The notes under the pieces were generated by a model. It worked only from the letters and a program-made list of their open reading frames with translations. It was not told where the DNA came from and did no database searches. 64,000 nucleotides of DNA from Ptychomitrium polyphyllum (Eukaryota), in assembly GCA_973851085.1 (NCBI GenBank), contig OZ316775.1, positions 17,732,001 through 17,796,000 of the forward strand, in the 5' to 3' direction. Within the stretch, counting starts at the first letter, position 1. Each line of letters begins with the position of its first letter. The translations under genes were made by a program, and so were the position numbers. Shown in pieces: positions 13,672 to 25,845 of this stretch.

Positions 13672-16112
13672 ACGAGCTTGGTCGCAAGAACATTCCGAGC
13701 AACTTGTATCAACTGGAAACAAGCAAGATATATGTTCCCTAAAAGCTTAGACTTGCTTCTGCTTGGAAGAAAAATGACGACATGCACAAGAGCATCGTTT
13801 GGAGGTTGACAAGGATACTATGGTAGGACGCAGAGAAAGGCTCATTTAGTAGCCAATATGTAATTTGCTCGATGTCTTTTGGCATTGGGTTACCGGTACA
13901 CAAGTACACAGCCTCTTCAGTTAAGTGAGGGTTCGCCATTTGTGCCGACTGTGACAACACATAGAGTACAATAAATCCACAGTTAGTGGAGTTTGTGAAA
14001 TAATGAAAATAATTGCTGGACGGTTAACAAGAGCCAGCTATCAATCCCTTTACAGCAATACAGTGCAAATCAAATACGGGAGACTACATCAGGGAAGGAT
14101 AAGAGAAAGGACAAACTGAACACCCAGCAGAAATGAGAATAAATTCCCACTAATTCAAGGCCCATGTCCATACGTATTTGACTCATCCCCTCGACCTTAA
14201 TTTCTACTGTCAAAGAACGACAACAAATCCAAATCCACCTGGCTGAACATGAGGAAGACAGCAAAACCTGAAGGATGTTAAGAGCCTTGCGCAAATCCCC
14301 ATTCACGAGCCTCACTATAGCTGCCAACCCGCCGTCTGTCACATCCAAACTGCAAATACAGAACCCGCCATTCACTGTTAGCACTCAACTAATAACGCTT
14401 TCCACAGTAACAGCAGATGTAAATAACAGCGGTCTAAACAAATTAATATAAGCACTGTAAATTCCTCCAATGCGTGTTGGTTATGCGTTTCCAAAATTAA
14501 CAGGAAACTTTGGAGCATCTACTAAACAGAAAAGCCGGCGAATACGTACCCTTCTTGCTGAATGACATAGCGAAGACGCTCTGTAACATTGGAAGGATCT
14601 AGTGGGGCGAATCTGAACCTAGTGCACCTAGACTGCAGCGCTGGGATAATCTTACTAGCATAGTTGCAAATGAGACAAAATCTGGTGCTCTTTGTATACT
14701 TCTCGATGACTGCCATCACAAAGAAAGATATGAGAATAACATATTTTCCTTTAAATTGCCACACTCATAGATATGCAGCACCGGTGATCTAAGGGTCAAG
14801 CTAGTACGAAGATGAGTACTTAATAACATACAGCAGGGTTAAAAAATTTGCTCCATTTGATTGCGAAGCTTCAAGAGCTTTTAACTGAGCGTGACAAGGT
14901 TTCATAAAATAACCGATGTACAAGCAAGTATGGAAGTGAAATATAAAGAAAGTTACAAGGAGAGATGATACCTCTACGCAAAGCAAACTGGGCTTCTTTC
15001 GTCATTGCATCTGCCTCATCCAGAATAACGAGTTTTACATTCACCTTGGGCCTGCATATTCACAGAGAAAGCTTCGCAAAAAAGACACATATAATAGGTG
15101 TAACTATAAACAAACCTAATCGGGTGGAAAGGACTGGTATGATGCGTTTTTCTAAATTTAAGCCACCTATCACAACAGGCGATGAGTACTTCTGCATAAA
15201 GATTAAACAATCTTGTCATGCTGGTGCATAGGAAATAGTTCGACTGCAATAACCACATACAGACGCAAGATTGGACTAGAAAAAAGGTGACAAAAACGGC
15301 CCTGATTACCCAAAGGATATACTCTTCGTACTTGCAAAATCTTGCACCTGCTGGCGAACGACATCAATACCACGATCATCTGAAGCATTCAGCTCCAAAA
15401 TCATGTTCTGAAATTGGGCGCCGTATAGTTTCCGTGCAACTGCCAGGATGGTAGAAGTTTTTCCTGTGCCTGGTGGACCATACAGCAGCAGGTGGGGCAA
15501 TCGATTCTCCCCTGTCAACCTGTCAACTTCGCACAACCAACAACACCAGTATTAAAACTATCAGAAAATCACTGTCAAGCCTCTAAAGAAAAAAAATAAA
15601 AATAAAAATCCTTTCAAGATATTCACACATATTCCCACAACGGTGGAAAAATACAACCTCCAAAAAATGGTGAATGATTCACAACCACTACTTCTCTTCA
15701 AATCAATACTATCTCCCAGAATGTCGACCTTCCAAACTTTAAACCCTATACTGAATAAAACCCATTTTCCCTGGACTTCCAAATTCAGCACCTTTCAACG
15801 CAAAGACAGACTTAATACATTACAAAATAAAGGAAGACATCGCTATGGACCATCAAAAGTAATCATAACTTCTCCTTCACACAGAACTAAAAGTCCTAGT
15901 TCGGCGCAATCAAACAAAACAGGGCAAGTGAGCGTACTAGTATCAATAATGTCCTTGTGTGCGGCCACATCTGCGAGAGACGTGGGCCTGTACTTCTCCA
16001 CCCAAGGCCCTCCTTTCACCTGTCGCCCGCTACTCATCTCCAACTTCCCCTTCCCCTTCTGCGCAGCTGACAGGCCCCGCGGCACTGTGTCCACGACTAT
16101 ATCATCCACCAT
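12944..16112 (-). CDS. RFC5: Replication factor C small subunit (RFC5, also called RFC3 in plants; yeast Rfc3 type). Exons: 16112-15938, 15526-15310, 15051-14972, 14709-14550, 14349-14268, 13948-13819, 13529-13466, 13315-13247, 13043-12944
   Basis: PWVEKYRP, Walker [22 protein letters not shown], Walker [14 protein letters not shown] and GDLRKALN motifs; all eight introns are GT-AG and keep frame to the TGA at 12944. Confidence 0.93.
13581..13670. repeat. (AG)45 microsatellite in RFC intron 6
   Basis: Perfect 90-bp dinucleotide run. Confidence 0.98.
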
Positions 16113-16213
16113 TTTCTCTGACCAAGATGATCTCAACCGCACTTCCAAGCCAAGAATGTGGAGAACAAACGCTACAGAAACCCGGGAACTGAAATCACTC
16201 ACCCATGTGTCAT

Positions 16214-16222
16214 AAACCCTAA
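16214..16222 (+). promoter_or_regulatory. Telo-box AAACCCTAA about 100 bp upstream of the RFC start codon
   Basis: Exact motif; telo-boxes are known near plant translation and replication gene starts, but a 9-mer can occur by chance. Confidence 0.4.
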
Positions 16223-16430
16223 AATTCTAAATCCGAAACCCAACTCCTAAAAGAGCTTTTGAATCCTGCAAAGCCAAAACCCACCTCAATAAGCTTGTTG
16301 CAACCGCTCTGATGATCAATGGAGAGGATGTTATGTCTGCAAATCCGCAACCACGATAAGGAGAGCTTCAAGCCAATGCTGAATGCCACGAAGTTTAAAC
16401 CACCAGAGTAGATTCCTCGCAGACTCCCAA

Positions 16431-16499
16431 GTCGCAAGTGTCGCAAGTGTCGCAAGTGTCGCAAGTGTCGCAAGTGTCGCAAGTGTTGCCAGTGTTGCA
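16431..16499. repeat. 9-bp tandem repeat (GTCGCAAGT)x6 plus two degenerate units
   Basis: Read directly; produces the LRH/ATL repeats in the spurious ORFs. Confidence 0.95.
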
Positions 16500-17350
16500 T
16501 TGTGATTGTTGAGTAGGAACAGACCCACATGTTTGATTTTACTGAACTTGCATTCATTCTTTTCTTTGCCACAGAAAGGGATGTGTATTGGTCCAAACCC
16601 ACATTACACTCAAAGTTGGGATGCTTCGGCACCAAAACCCACTTGATCAAGTACTACTGAAGCGTTTTCTAAAAAAGAGGGAGGGGGTTACAGGGTTTTG
16701 TTTTTCTTAAAAAAATTCCTAATTTGAAGGAGAATTCCTATACCTAAAGTGTTTTTGTTTCATTGTCTTCCTTGTGAACTGATAAAGCTTTCTTGATTCA
16801 AATTGAAAATATTATAATTGTTAGCAAATGAAATTGATAACATACTCCATACTGTTTGTAGAATATATATACATATATATCTATTTATTTATTTATTTTT
16901 TAGAATTAAAAACTAATTTTTATTTTTATTGATATTTTGATTTATGAATTTGACTGGTCCATCGTCGGCTTCGACGGGATTTCACGGTTTATTTCTTCAC
17001 AATCTTAAAACGCCCGACAGGCGCTCAGGGTTATATTTTCCATAGATTCCAGTATTCCTCCACCCCGTCCTCCAGACAACTCAGTTCAGTTAGCTGTTAA
17101 CGGAGCTGGCACTGTGGATCTGAAACATACAGCTAACATGCCAGGGTTTCAAAATGTGTGCATACTAAAAGCACCAGTGGCCAATTCATCGTTCACTACA
17201 TTTGACCTGCTCGTATGAAACCGCAGCGTGAGTGACATGAATTGAACGTCTATGACTGGGCTTCGATACTTGTACTTTCCATTTCCGTAAACGTCAAAAC
17301 GGACGACTAGTATTAAGCGTACCGTCGAGGCTAAGATATTCTGGCGAGTG

Positions 17351-17683
17351 ACGTGGTGGAATCAGAATACCACTGCTTGATGATCTCTTCCGAAGATCAA
17401 GGCCGGAAGTCTGCGGCAATGGCATCCTGACGTCCTGTTAAGGAGCAGACGCCGTTGAATATGCCAGGCTTAGGAGGACAATCCATGCGGAAACGTGGGT
17501 GAAACGAGCTGGCTGCACTTTCGCTGCTTCCCCTAGTGGACTGCCACATGCGTCTTAAGAGCACCAAATCTGCTTCAAAGCTCGGCCTCTCGAACCTGGA
17601 ATGCGAAAAGGGGACTTCAATCCATGCTCTGTCCCTCTCGATTGCGAGCATCTGGCATCGTGGCACCTTGTCCTCAACGTGTC
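17351..17683 (+). promoter_or_regulatory. ELIP C upstream ABRE-like cluster: ACGTGG (17351, 17493), ACGTGTC (17677)
   Basis: Three same-strand ACGTG cores in 330 bp, in sequence unrelated to the B/D promoter. Confidence 0.45.
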
Positions 17684-18036
17684 CATCGACGGCCAGGCTC
17701 CCACCACTGCACCGAGCTCGTGAGAAGACTGTTGTTATAGTCGAACAGGGTCCAATAAAAGGGAAATTCTGGACTGCCACTACAAAATAGTCTCAGAGCA
17801 GCGACTAACGCAAACATCCGCGATCTGAATTGAGAACGCCATTTACCACCAGCTGTTCACCACAACTGTAGTTCGTACAATAGACAATGCTGAACAGCTA
17901 TACTTGAATTGAGCTTCTCCTCCTACAAATCCACTTTCACTCAGTAGCTGACTGCAATACCCGATTCAACCGATTCAAATTCAGCCCGATATACTCAGAG
18001 GTATAAATATTCATGACTCGACAGTGCAATCACACA

Positions 18037-18747
18037 ATGGCAGCTGTGGCGTCACAGACGACTGCTGCCGCCGGCTTGGCGGGCGGCCTCACGGCCTTCA
18101 CGTCGTCCCCATCCGGCAGGAAGGCCTCGCTGAGAGCTAGCTCTCGCGTGGCGCGCGCACCCAGGTTGGCGACGTCGCTGGCGGGGCGAGTGCGGTGCGA
18201 GGCGGGCAAGGGGCTGCGCGAGACCATCGACGAGAGCACGAAGAAGGACATCACGGAGGCGGAGATCCGGAAGAGCATGGAGAGCAACGAGTCGGAGCAG
18301 CGGTCGTACTTCGGCGCCAAGCCGACGGCGGGGTTCGACCAGGCGGTGGGGTTCACCCCGCGCCCGGAGATCGAGCGGCGGCCGGAGACGGGCGACAAGT
18401 CGTTCCTGAGCGTGTTCGCGTTCGACGGCGCGGCGCCGGAGGCCATCAACTGCCGGCTGGCGATGCTGGGGATGGTGTGGGCGTTCGTGGCGGAGAAGGC
18501 GACCGGGCTGACGGTGGCGCAGCAGCTGTTCAACCCGAGCACGAGCGGGCTGGTGTACTTCGTGGGCGCGGTGCAGCTGTTCACGTACGCGTCGCTGGTG
18601 CCGATCATGAACGGCGAGTCGACGGACGCGCGCAGCTTCGGGCCGTTCACGGCGAGGGCGGAGCGATGGAACGGGCGGCTGGCAATGCTGGGGTTCCTGT
18701 CGCTGGTGGTGACGGAGCTGATCCGAGGAGTACCCGTCTTCCACTAG
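18037..18747 (+). CDS. ELIP: Early light-induced protein, copy C (an in-frame upstream ATG exists at 18013)
   Basis: ACACAATGGCAGCTGTG start context is shared with copies B and D; same LHC motifs. Confidence 0.92.
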   Translation: MAAVASQTTAAAGLAGGLTAFTSSPSGRKASLRASSRVARAPRLATSLAGRVRCEAGKGLRETIDESTKKDITEAEIRKSMESNESEQRSYFGAKPTAGFDQAVGFTPRPEIERRPETGDKSFLSVFAFDGAAPEAINCRLAMLGMVWAFVAEKATGLTVAQQLFNPSTSGLVYFVGAVQLFTYASLVPIMNGESTDARSFGPFTARAERWNGRLAMLGFLSLVVTELIRGVPVFH

Positions 18748-21700
18748 GTTTGTCGAGATGGCGTATGCCCATGGCGTCTCCTTTTTGGTGCTCAATCTCT
18801 TCATGTACATAAGGCTGGCAGACTGCGGGGTCTGTCTTCACAGCGAGGTTTTCCCCGGTCAGTTCAGAGTGCCGGTTCGTGGCCGAGAGAACCGCATTTG
18901 GATGTGGAAGTACAGTCATAATTGACGGAAGGATACATAGCTCTTGGAGAGTAGAGTCTGGAACAATTTTGCAGAATTGTTGGAAATAGCAGGAGAATTT
19001 TCGATGGGTCACGCCGAATTCTACAGCAGTGCTGTGAGGTGTAATTTTGTGAGTTGAATATAAGTCCAATACGACTTCAGATTGTTCGAACCTGTAATTG
19101 TTACTTGTCATGTCTGTCGGAACGGGTGCTTGTGCGAAATGAAGTGATTAAAAGCTCCTCCACCGTCGAACGTCCCTCACTTCGAAAACTGAAACTCTGG
19201 TAAGCTTCGATTTTGCTGAACTGAGAATATGCATAAGGACAGAGTTGTATGCAATGTCCTTGGTACACGTCCGATACAGTGATCTTTCTCCGAGTAGAAT
19301 GGTGTAGTGTCCAACATTCAAATGCCGCTCACAATGGCTGGAAAGGGATGCAGTATGTGCACCTTGTTATCAACGTTGTCGGAAGTCAAAGTACACTGCA
19401 ACTCTGAGTCTGCACTATGATGTCTCTGGGAAACTTCGCTTCTCCCCGTTGTAGAAGTGCTTTCCTATACCTATTGAAACTCGTATTCTCAGGTATCGAG
19501 CTGTGCCAAGGCAGAAGTGAACTGGTCATGGGCATGGTGTTCCGACTGTTATGTTGGGATTTGTGGAACATCTGTCGAGGTCCACAGTGCGATGTTTCCT
19601 AGTAACAGCCAAATCCTGAAGTGTAACTTCCAGGTTTTCCATACCGCAGCACCTTTGGACAGATGTGAGAATCCCACACCGCATTCGGGAAAACGTACGA
19701 ATGCTGCTACTGCAACTGACTGTAGTCTATGTAGGACGAGGAGGGATGTTGTTCTCTTTGTTGGGTCGAACATCAGCACGCGGCTGATTGTTGTTTCCCC
19801 TGGTAACACGGTGTGCCACTGATTCCCTGGAATCATGTCCGAAAGACCTTCCTCCAAAACCTTCTCGCCACTGGATTCGAACCGCTCTCCGAGAATTGGA
19901 TATTGACCTCTCAACACATAAAATAGCGCGTTCCTTGTCCGCCTGCCGCCCAAATAACAGACTGCATCCAAAAGTAAGAAACGAGGGTTGAGGAAGACAG
20001 TGTTGTAAGCCGTCGTAGTTGTAAGTAAACACTTGCAAGTCCCAACAGCCTCTCCGCACGTCTCATCACACTTCAATACCTCTGAAAATCCAAACTCCCA
20101 TCGTGTGATATGTGATGGAACATCACCTTTTAGTTATGGGAATAAAGCATTGCATATCTTGGCATCCATCCACCGTATGTACCCAGTGGCAGGCACAGAC
20201 GGCATCTGTTGAAAACTGCACAGCATGTATCGGAGTAACCTAGTTATTGGCGACCATGGCTCCTCTGTAAACATTTCGAACCGTGGTAAGATAATCAGAA
20301 TTAGTGACACCAGACACAGGTATGGATGGCAGTCAGGTGATACCAAGGGGCTACTCGGACGACACTCAGGCTGGTAGCTCGAAAAGTGAACGGTATTGCC
20401 ACGGTGTAAGCCTGTCTCGACTTCTTGTGCCCAGCCAGGTGATCTAACGACGACGTGGCGCAAGGATGGTTGTTTCATACACCAGCCAACTAGCAGCCTC
20501 AAACTCATTTCGACTCGAGGACCACACGCCGTCGATGCGAGGCTTCGAAGGAGGACGGATGAGGCGGAGACGTGGTCGACTGACGATGAGAGCAGCTTGC
20601 TGGGACGAGGCTGTACTTTGACCAAGGCCTTTTGCAGTCCGATGCCACATGCGCCCCAGTGGCACCTCTCCTTCGAACTGCGAAAGCTCGTGCCCACGCT
20701 CGCGGTCGTAAGCGAAAAGAACACTCGCTTTGCTCTGGCGCGTCGCGTTGCGTGCATCTGGCAGCCCTGCATGCCCATCAACGGCCCTGCACCTGGGAAT
20801 ATCATCTGGGCCCACCGGGCCTCCGGGAAGTATATAAGGCGAGGTGGGGGGGTGTCTTTTCATACCATCACACTGCAGTGAGTAGCGCATCCACCCGCAA
20901 CCTCAACTAGAGAGCGCAAGTCCCGAATTGCGCAGCAAATTCTGTGGCTCTGTACCATCATCGGTGTTCTCGTGCTAAATTTCAGCTCCGAACAGAAGCT
21001 GCCTCCGACTCGAGGAGCCAGAGCAGCATTTGTCCTCGGGACTGTGTATAGTTCTCTGTCGAGCGGCTAGTAGAATTACACAATGGCAGCTGTGACGTCG
21101 CAGACGACTGCTGCCGCCGGCTTGGCGGGCGGCCTCACGGCCTTCACGTCGTCCCCATCCGGCAGGAAGGCCTCGCTGAGAGCTAGCTCTCGCGTGGCGC
21201 GCGCACCCAGGTTGGCGACGTCGCTGGCGGGGCGAGTGCGGTGCGAGGCGGGCAAGGGGCTGCGCGAGACCATCGACGAGAGCACGAAGAAGGACATCAC
21301 GGAGGCGGAGATCCGGAAGAGCATGGAGAGCAACGAGTCGGAGCAGCGGTCGTACTTCGGCGCCAAGCCGACGGCGGGGTTCGACCAGGCGGTGGGGTTC
21401 ACCCCGCGCCCGGAGATCGAGCGGCGGCCGGAGACGGGCGACAAGTCGTTCCTGAGCGTGTTCGCGTTCGACGGCGCGGCGCCGGAGGCCATCAACTGCC
21501 GGCTGGCGATGCTGGGGATGGTGTGGGCGTTCGTGGCGGAGAAGGCGACCGGGCTGACGGTGGCGCAGCAGCTGTTCAACCCGAGCACGAGCGGGCTGGT
21601 GTACTTCGTGGGCGCGGTGCAGCTGTTCACGTACGCGTCGCTGGTGCCGATCATGAACGGCGAGTCGACGGACGCGCGCAGCTTCGGGCCGTTCACGGCG

Positions 21701-21792
21701 AGGGCGGAGCGATGGAACGGGCGGCTGGCAATGCTGGGGTTCCTGTCGCTGGTGGTGACGGAGCTGATCCGAGGAGTACCCGTTTTCCACTA
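18145..21792 (+). repeat. 3.65-kb direct segmental duplication, copy 2
   Basis: Matches 6860-10507 at offset 11285. Confidence 0.95.
20453..20837 (+). promoter_or_regulatory. ELIP D promoter (duplicate of the B promoter)
   Basis: Same motifs at offset +11285. Confidence 0.55.
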
Positions 21793-21793
21793 G
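21083..21793 (+). CDS. ELIP: Early light-induced protein, copy D (236 aa)
   Basis: Protein identical to copy B in the ORF track. Confidence 0.93.
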   Translation: MAAVTSQTTAAAGLAGGLTAFTSSPSGRKASLRASSRVARAPRLATSLAGRVRCEAGKGLRETIDESTKKDITEAEIRKSMESNESEQRSYFGAKPTAGFDQAVGFTPRPEIERRPETGDKSFLSVFAFDGAAPEAINCRLAMLGMVWAFVAEKATGLTVAQQLFNPSTSGLVYFVGAVQLFTYASLVPIMNGESTDARSFGPFTARAERWNGRLAMLGFLSLVVTELIRGVPVFH

Positions 21794-22967
21794 GTCTGAT
21801 GGAGCTCGGAATATAGTTCATTGATTGAATGTTATATCGCTTTGTAGAAGTGTTTTCGGGAGTTAATGTTTCCGAGGTTTTCGGACATCGGGAATTTTCT
21901 TTTCAGTATGTGTAGGTTAGGACGGGGTAGGTATTTTGAATTAGGACCATGTAGGCTGTGTAGAGATTTTTATTTGTGGTATAGGTGGAAGGTGCTGGAA
22001 TGTATATTAGTTTGGATGAATTGGAACTTATTGTCTTGTTTGAAATTTTCAGCTGGTTTTACACCTTGCAGTTTATATATCTAATATGTTTTCATGCGGT
22101 TTTTGAATATACGCAATGTGAGGGAATGTGTAATATTTTTATAATTTTGCTCTGGTGATTGTGAATGTTGGTGTAAATTTCAGTGTAACGTATTTTAGTT
22201 GCAGGTGGAGTGGATCTTTGCCCTAGATAGTATCTTCAATGGTCGGTTAGTATCGAAGTCTTAAGATGCATGCGGTAGTAGAAGATTGTTTTGAAGAAAT
22301 TTGACCTTCTATGCGCTGATGGATTATCTGGATGGTATATCCAGTATATAAATTTGATTTAAGTGGCTCTTGAACTTTGAAGGTAGTTTGTCGACCGGTA
22401 TTGGAGTCCTGTCAGCGCGATTGAGTTTACCTTGACTTGTAGCCACCTGTAGTAGTCAAGAACTTCGCCATATATTTATGTTTCTGAAGTTTGAAGAGCT
22501 AATACACGTTTGTTTTTGGGAAAAGGATTTCATTACTGCTCATGCATATTTTTTAACTATTGCACAATTATCTACTATGCAGTCGGAATTATGTTGCGCA
22601 TTTGACACAAACTAAAGGCGGTTTATGCTCAATGTTACCAGCGAAATGCTAAACTGTGATCAATAATTGTTCGAACTTCTACAGTTAAAGAATCCTTCAC
22701 CTGCAGGTCAACTCTACAATGCTACACAACAGTAATAGACCTGTCAGTACAGCTTATAAGCTGAAAGCATGAAACAATTAATTGTCTACTGGTGAAGACA
22801 GAAAGCTTTTGACGCCTAAGCTCCTCCTCGGTTGCAAGTTCTGATATGGTGTACTAACTTATTACTTCTGAAAAAGGTTCGGCATCTGTCTTCTTTGTCA
22901 TAACAATCACGAGAAGTTAGAGTACTTGACTTAGAATTAGAATCACCAGACTAAGTGCTCTTCAAAT

Positions 22968-25845
22968 CTAATCAGATTGAGTAATCCTTGCATCACTTAT
23001 TCCATCTTCCTGAAGTGCTTCTCTGCTGTCACCAAAGATTCGTTTGCGGAAGTCTGTTACCATGAAGGGAAGGCCTTGTCTGAGGGGGATCTTTGGTTCC
23101 CACCCGAGTAACTCCTTCGCTTTCGTGACATCCGGTTTCCTTTTGTGTGGATCATCTTGAGTGTTTTCCTTAAACACGATCTTTGCAGCACGATCAATCA
23201 ACTCCTTCACAACCTATATAAAGCTCGAACACGGCTTTCAGCGACAGCACCTACTTTCTCGACAGAACAAGAAAGCGACTGTTCAATTAGGGTTAAATTC
23301 TGGTCCTTCAAAAGCTGCATTTAATGAATTTTTTAAAGGCGTTTGCATACCTCTGCAAGTTCCAGCATTGTGAATTCACCAGGGTTGCCGAGGTTGAATG
23401 GGCCCACATGCTCACCCTCCATCAATCGGATAAGACCTTCAACCTAAAAATACGAAATATCGTGTAAGAGAAGGCGGCTTCATATACATGAGACTTGCTG
23501 GATTGATGAACTCAAGAAGCATACTGAAATAGAATAAAATGAGACAAAATGAAATCTCAAATCAGCAGAGAATGGTGTGCTGAAACTACTGAGATTGGAT
23601 CAACTACAAAAATGAAGGTTCAACGTAAGTGGACAAATTATAGTCCTAATGGAACTTAAGAGAAACCTGGTACTTACCAGGTCGCTCACATACTGAAAAC
23701 TCCGGGTTTGATTGCCATCACCGTAAACAGTCATTGGCTCCTTCCGCAGCGCCTGTAGCAAAGCTAAATTAGGAGCTAATGGTGTCAAAGCTGACAAGTC
23801 TCTGAGGAGAGAGACTGCAAGTGCCAACCACTATGTGAAGGACGTGGTTTGAATGGATCAATGCTTAAAAGATTTTAAATATTAGAATAAACAACTCCGC
23901 AACTGTGCACGTGCATTTCCTCCTAGAATAACAGAATCCTGGTGAGTTTTAGTCATTGAGAAGAGGTGCAAACCTGCGCAACGAAGTTACTAACAACTCG
24001 CCCATCGTCAATGCACATTCTAGGTCCATAAGTGTTGAAGATTCGAGCAATTCGCACCTATATGCAGTCATTCATTCTGTTAAACAATAACCTACAAGCT
24101 ACGACATTCCACATATCTGAGCAAGAAATAGCAAATAATAATGCATAAATGCAATTCAAGGATTAATATCATGAAGTTCAAGCTCAAATTTCAGAGGACC
24201 AGCAAAAGAGAATTTATTACAACATCTCAATGTATAATTCTACTTTCTGAAGAACATTGAAACGATTGCTTAAACAGAGACAAGGGAATCTATTGGCAGA
24301 TAGAAACCACACCTCAACGTTTGCACCTCGATGGTAGTCCATGGCCAAAGTTTCAGCTGTTCGCTTCCCTTCGTCATAACAACTCCGAACACCTGGGGAG
24401 AAACGTTGTTAGCGAGTCAAAGTGTTATTGAAAAGTGAACACAAGTGAAACTGAGCTCTAAAAGAATCGAAAGACCTAGCATCTCCAATTGGCAGTCAGG
24501 AGCTCTTATATTGGAGATCAGCAAGCATCACGTCCACATTTACAACCTCTATCTGATAACTCAAAGACCTTGGTACAAACTGCCACACGAGTGATGACAA
24601 AGGATTGTCTACAAGAAAAGACTTGCTCTTACCAATCGGATTCACGTTCCCCCAGTAGCTCTCTGATAGTCGGACGGAAAAATTGTGGAGATAGACCGAG
24701 CATGAAACACACAGCACACCCTCTTAGAAGTCTACACCAGAAATGCTGCAAGATAACGATAAAAAGAATTGCATAGTTGCGTCAAAAGAATGGAAACCAG
24801 AAAATAGGTTGTCGCACCATTCTGAGGATGTTGTAACGGATCTCCGTAGACTTCACTCGTGCTCGTCAGCAAGAAACGAGCCCCAACACGCTTTGCCAGA
24901 CCCAACATATTCAGGGTGCCCACAACATTGGTCTTGTAATAAAGAATCAAGGACGTCCCTACAAAGAAATTTGGAAAAACTGAAACAAGTCTTCTCGTAC
25001 CGAAACCAAACCAGGCTTGAAAACCAAATTAGCGCACAATCCTCTCTCGCATCTTCCAAGAACACAGACAAGGTAAGGTAAATACACAAGAAACAACATC
25101 CCTGCCATAAATAGATCTGCATCCTGAGAACGCAGGTTCCGAATTCCAGAACTTCATTAATCCTCAAACAGGGACAGTTGCATGAGGATATGATAGTCTT
25201 AACAGGGTTAAACTTGTAATGCACAGGCGACGCTGGGCATGCAAGATGGTAGATCTGGTCCACCTCCAGCAACAGCGGCTCCACCACGTCGTGCCGAATG
25301 AGCTCAAATCGAGGATTTCCAAAGTGATGCATCACATTCTCCTTCTTCCCTGTGAAGAAATTATCCACCACAATGACGTTGTCGCCTCGCTCCATCAGCC
25401 TGTCCACCAAGTGGCTCCCCACGAACCCTGCCCCTCCTGTCACTACGATGCGTTTCGCCCCTTTCTTTAACCCCAGTGGCACCTTCGCCCCGGTGCTTAT
25501 GATCCCCATCCCCTGCTTGGCAAAAGGCATGATGTCCTCGGTGGCCCTCTGGTGCCATGGACCGTAAGCTTTGCTGCCATAACCTCCCTCCAACGCGGCG
25601 TCAGTGTACACCGGCTCCTTCTTGAGGAACCCATATTGGAAGCCATAACTCGGCTGGAGGACGAAGAACGCTGATGTCAGCAACACCCCCAACACCACAC
25701 ACCACACACGCTGCTCATAGAGCACATATAGCAACGATCGCCGCACCCACCCCCACCCCTTCTCCGGCTTCGCATCATACTTGCCACTCTCTCTCGGCTC
25801 CTCCTCGTGCCGCCTGTGGCTAATCAAGCTGATCGCTGCCGCCAT
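22968..25845 (-). CDS. UXS: UDP-glucuronic acid decarboxylase (UDP-xylose synthase), membrane-anchored type. Exons: 25845-25192, 24935-24818, 24662-24633, 24392-24313, 24057-23974, 23752-23678, 23443-23351, 23213-22968
   Basis: [13 protein letters not shown]ossmann motif, [20 protein letters not shown], catalytic [25 protein letters not shown]-terminal hydrophobic anchor; splices keep frame. Confidence 0.93.
24936..25191 (-). other. U12-type (minor spliceosome) AT-AC intron 1 of UXS
   Basis: 5' site ATATCCT, branch-like TCCTTGAT at 24953-24946, terminal AC; removal joins PVKTI to KTNVVG in frame. Confidence 0.9.

Noticed and set aside
13487..13809. ORFs with SL/ER repeats
   Set aside because: Translations of the intronic (AG)45 microsatellite.
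16219..16650. ORFs with LRH/ATL repeats; possible CRISPR-like array
   Set aside because: Simple 9-bp tandem repeat with no spacers; eukaryotic context.
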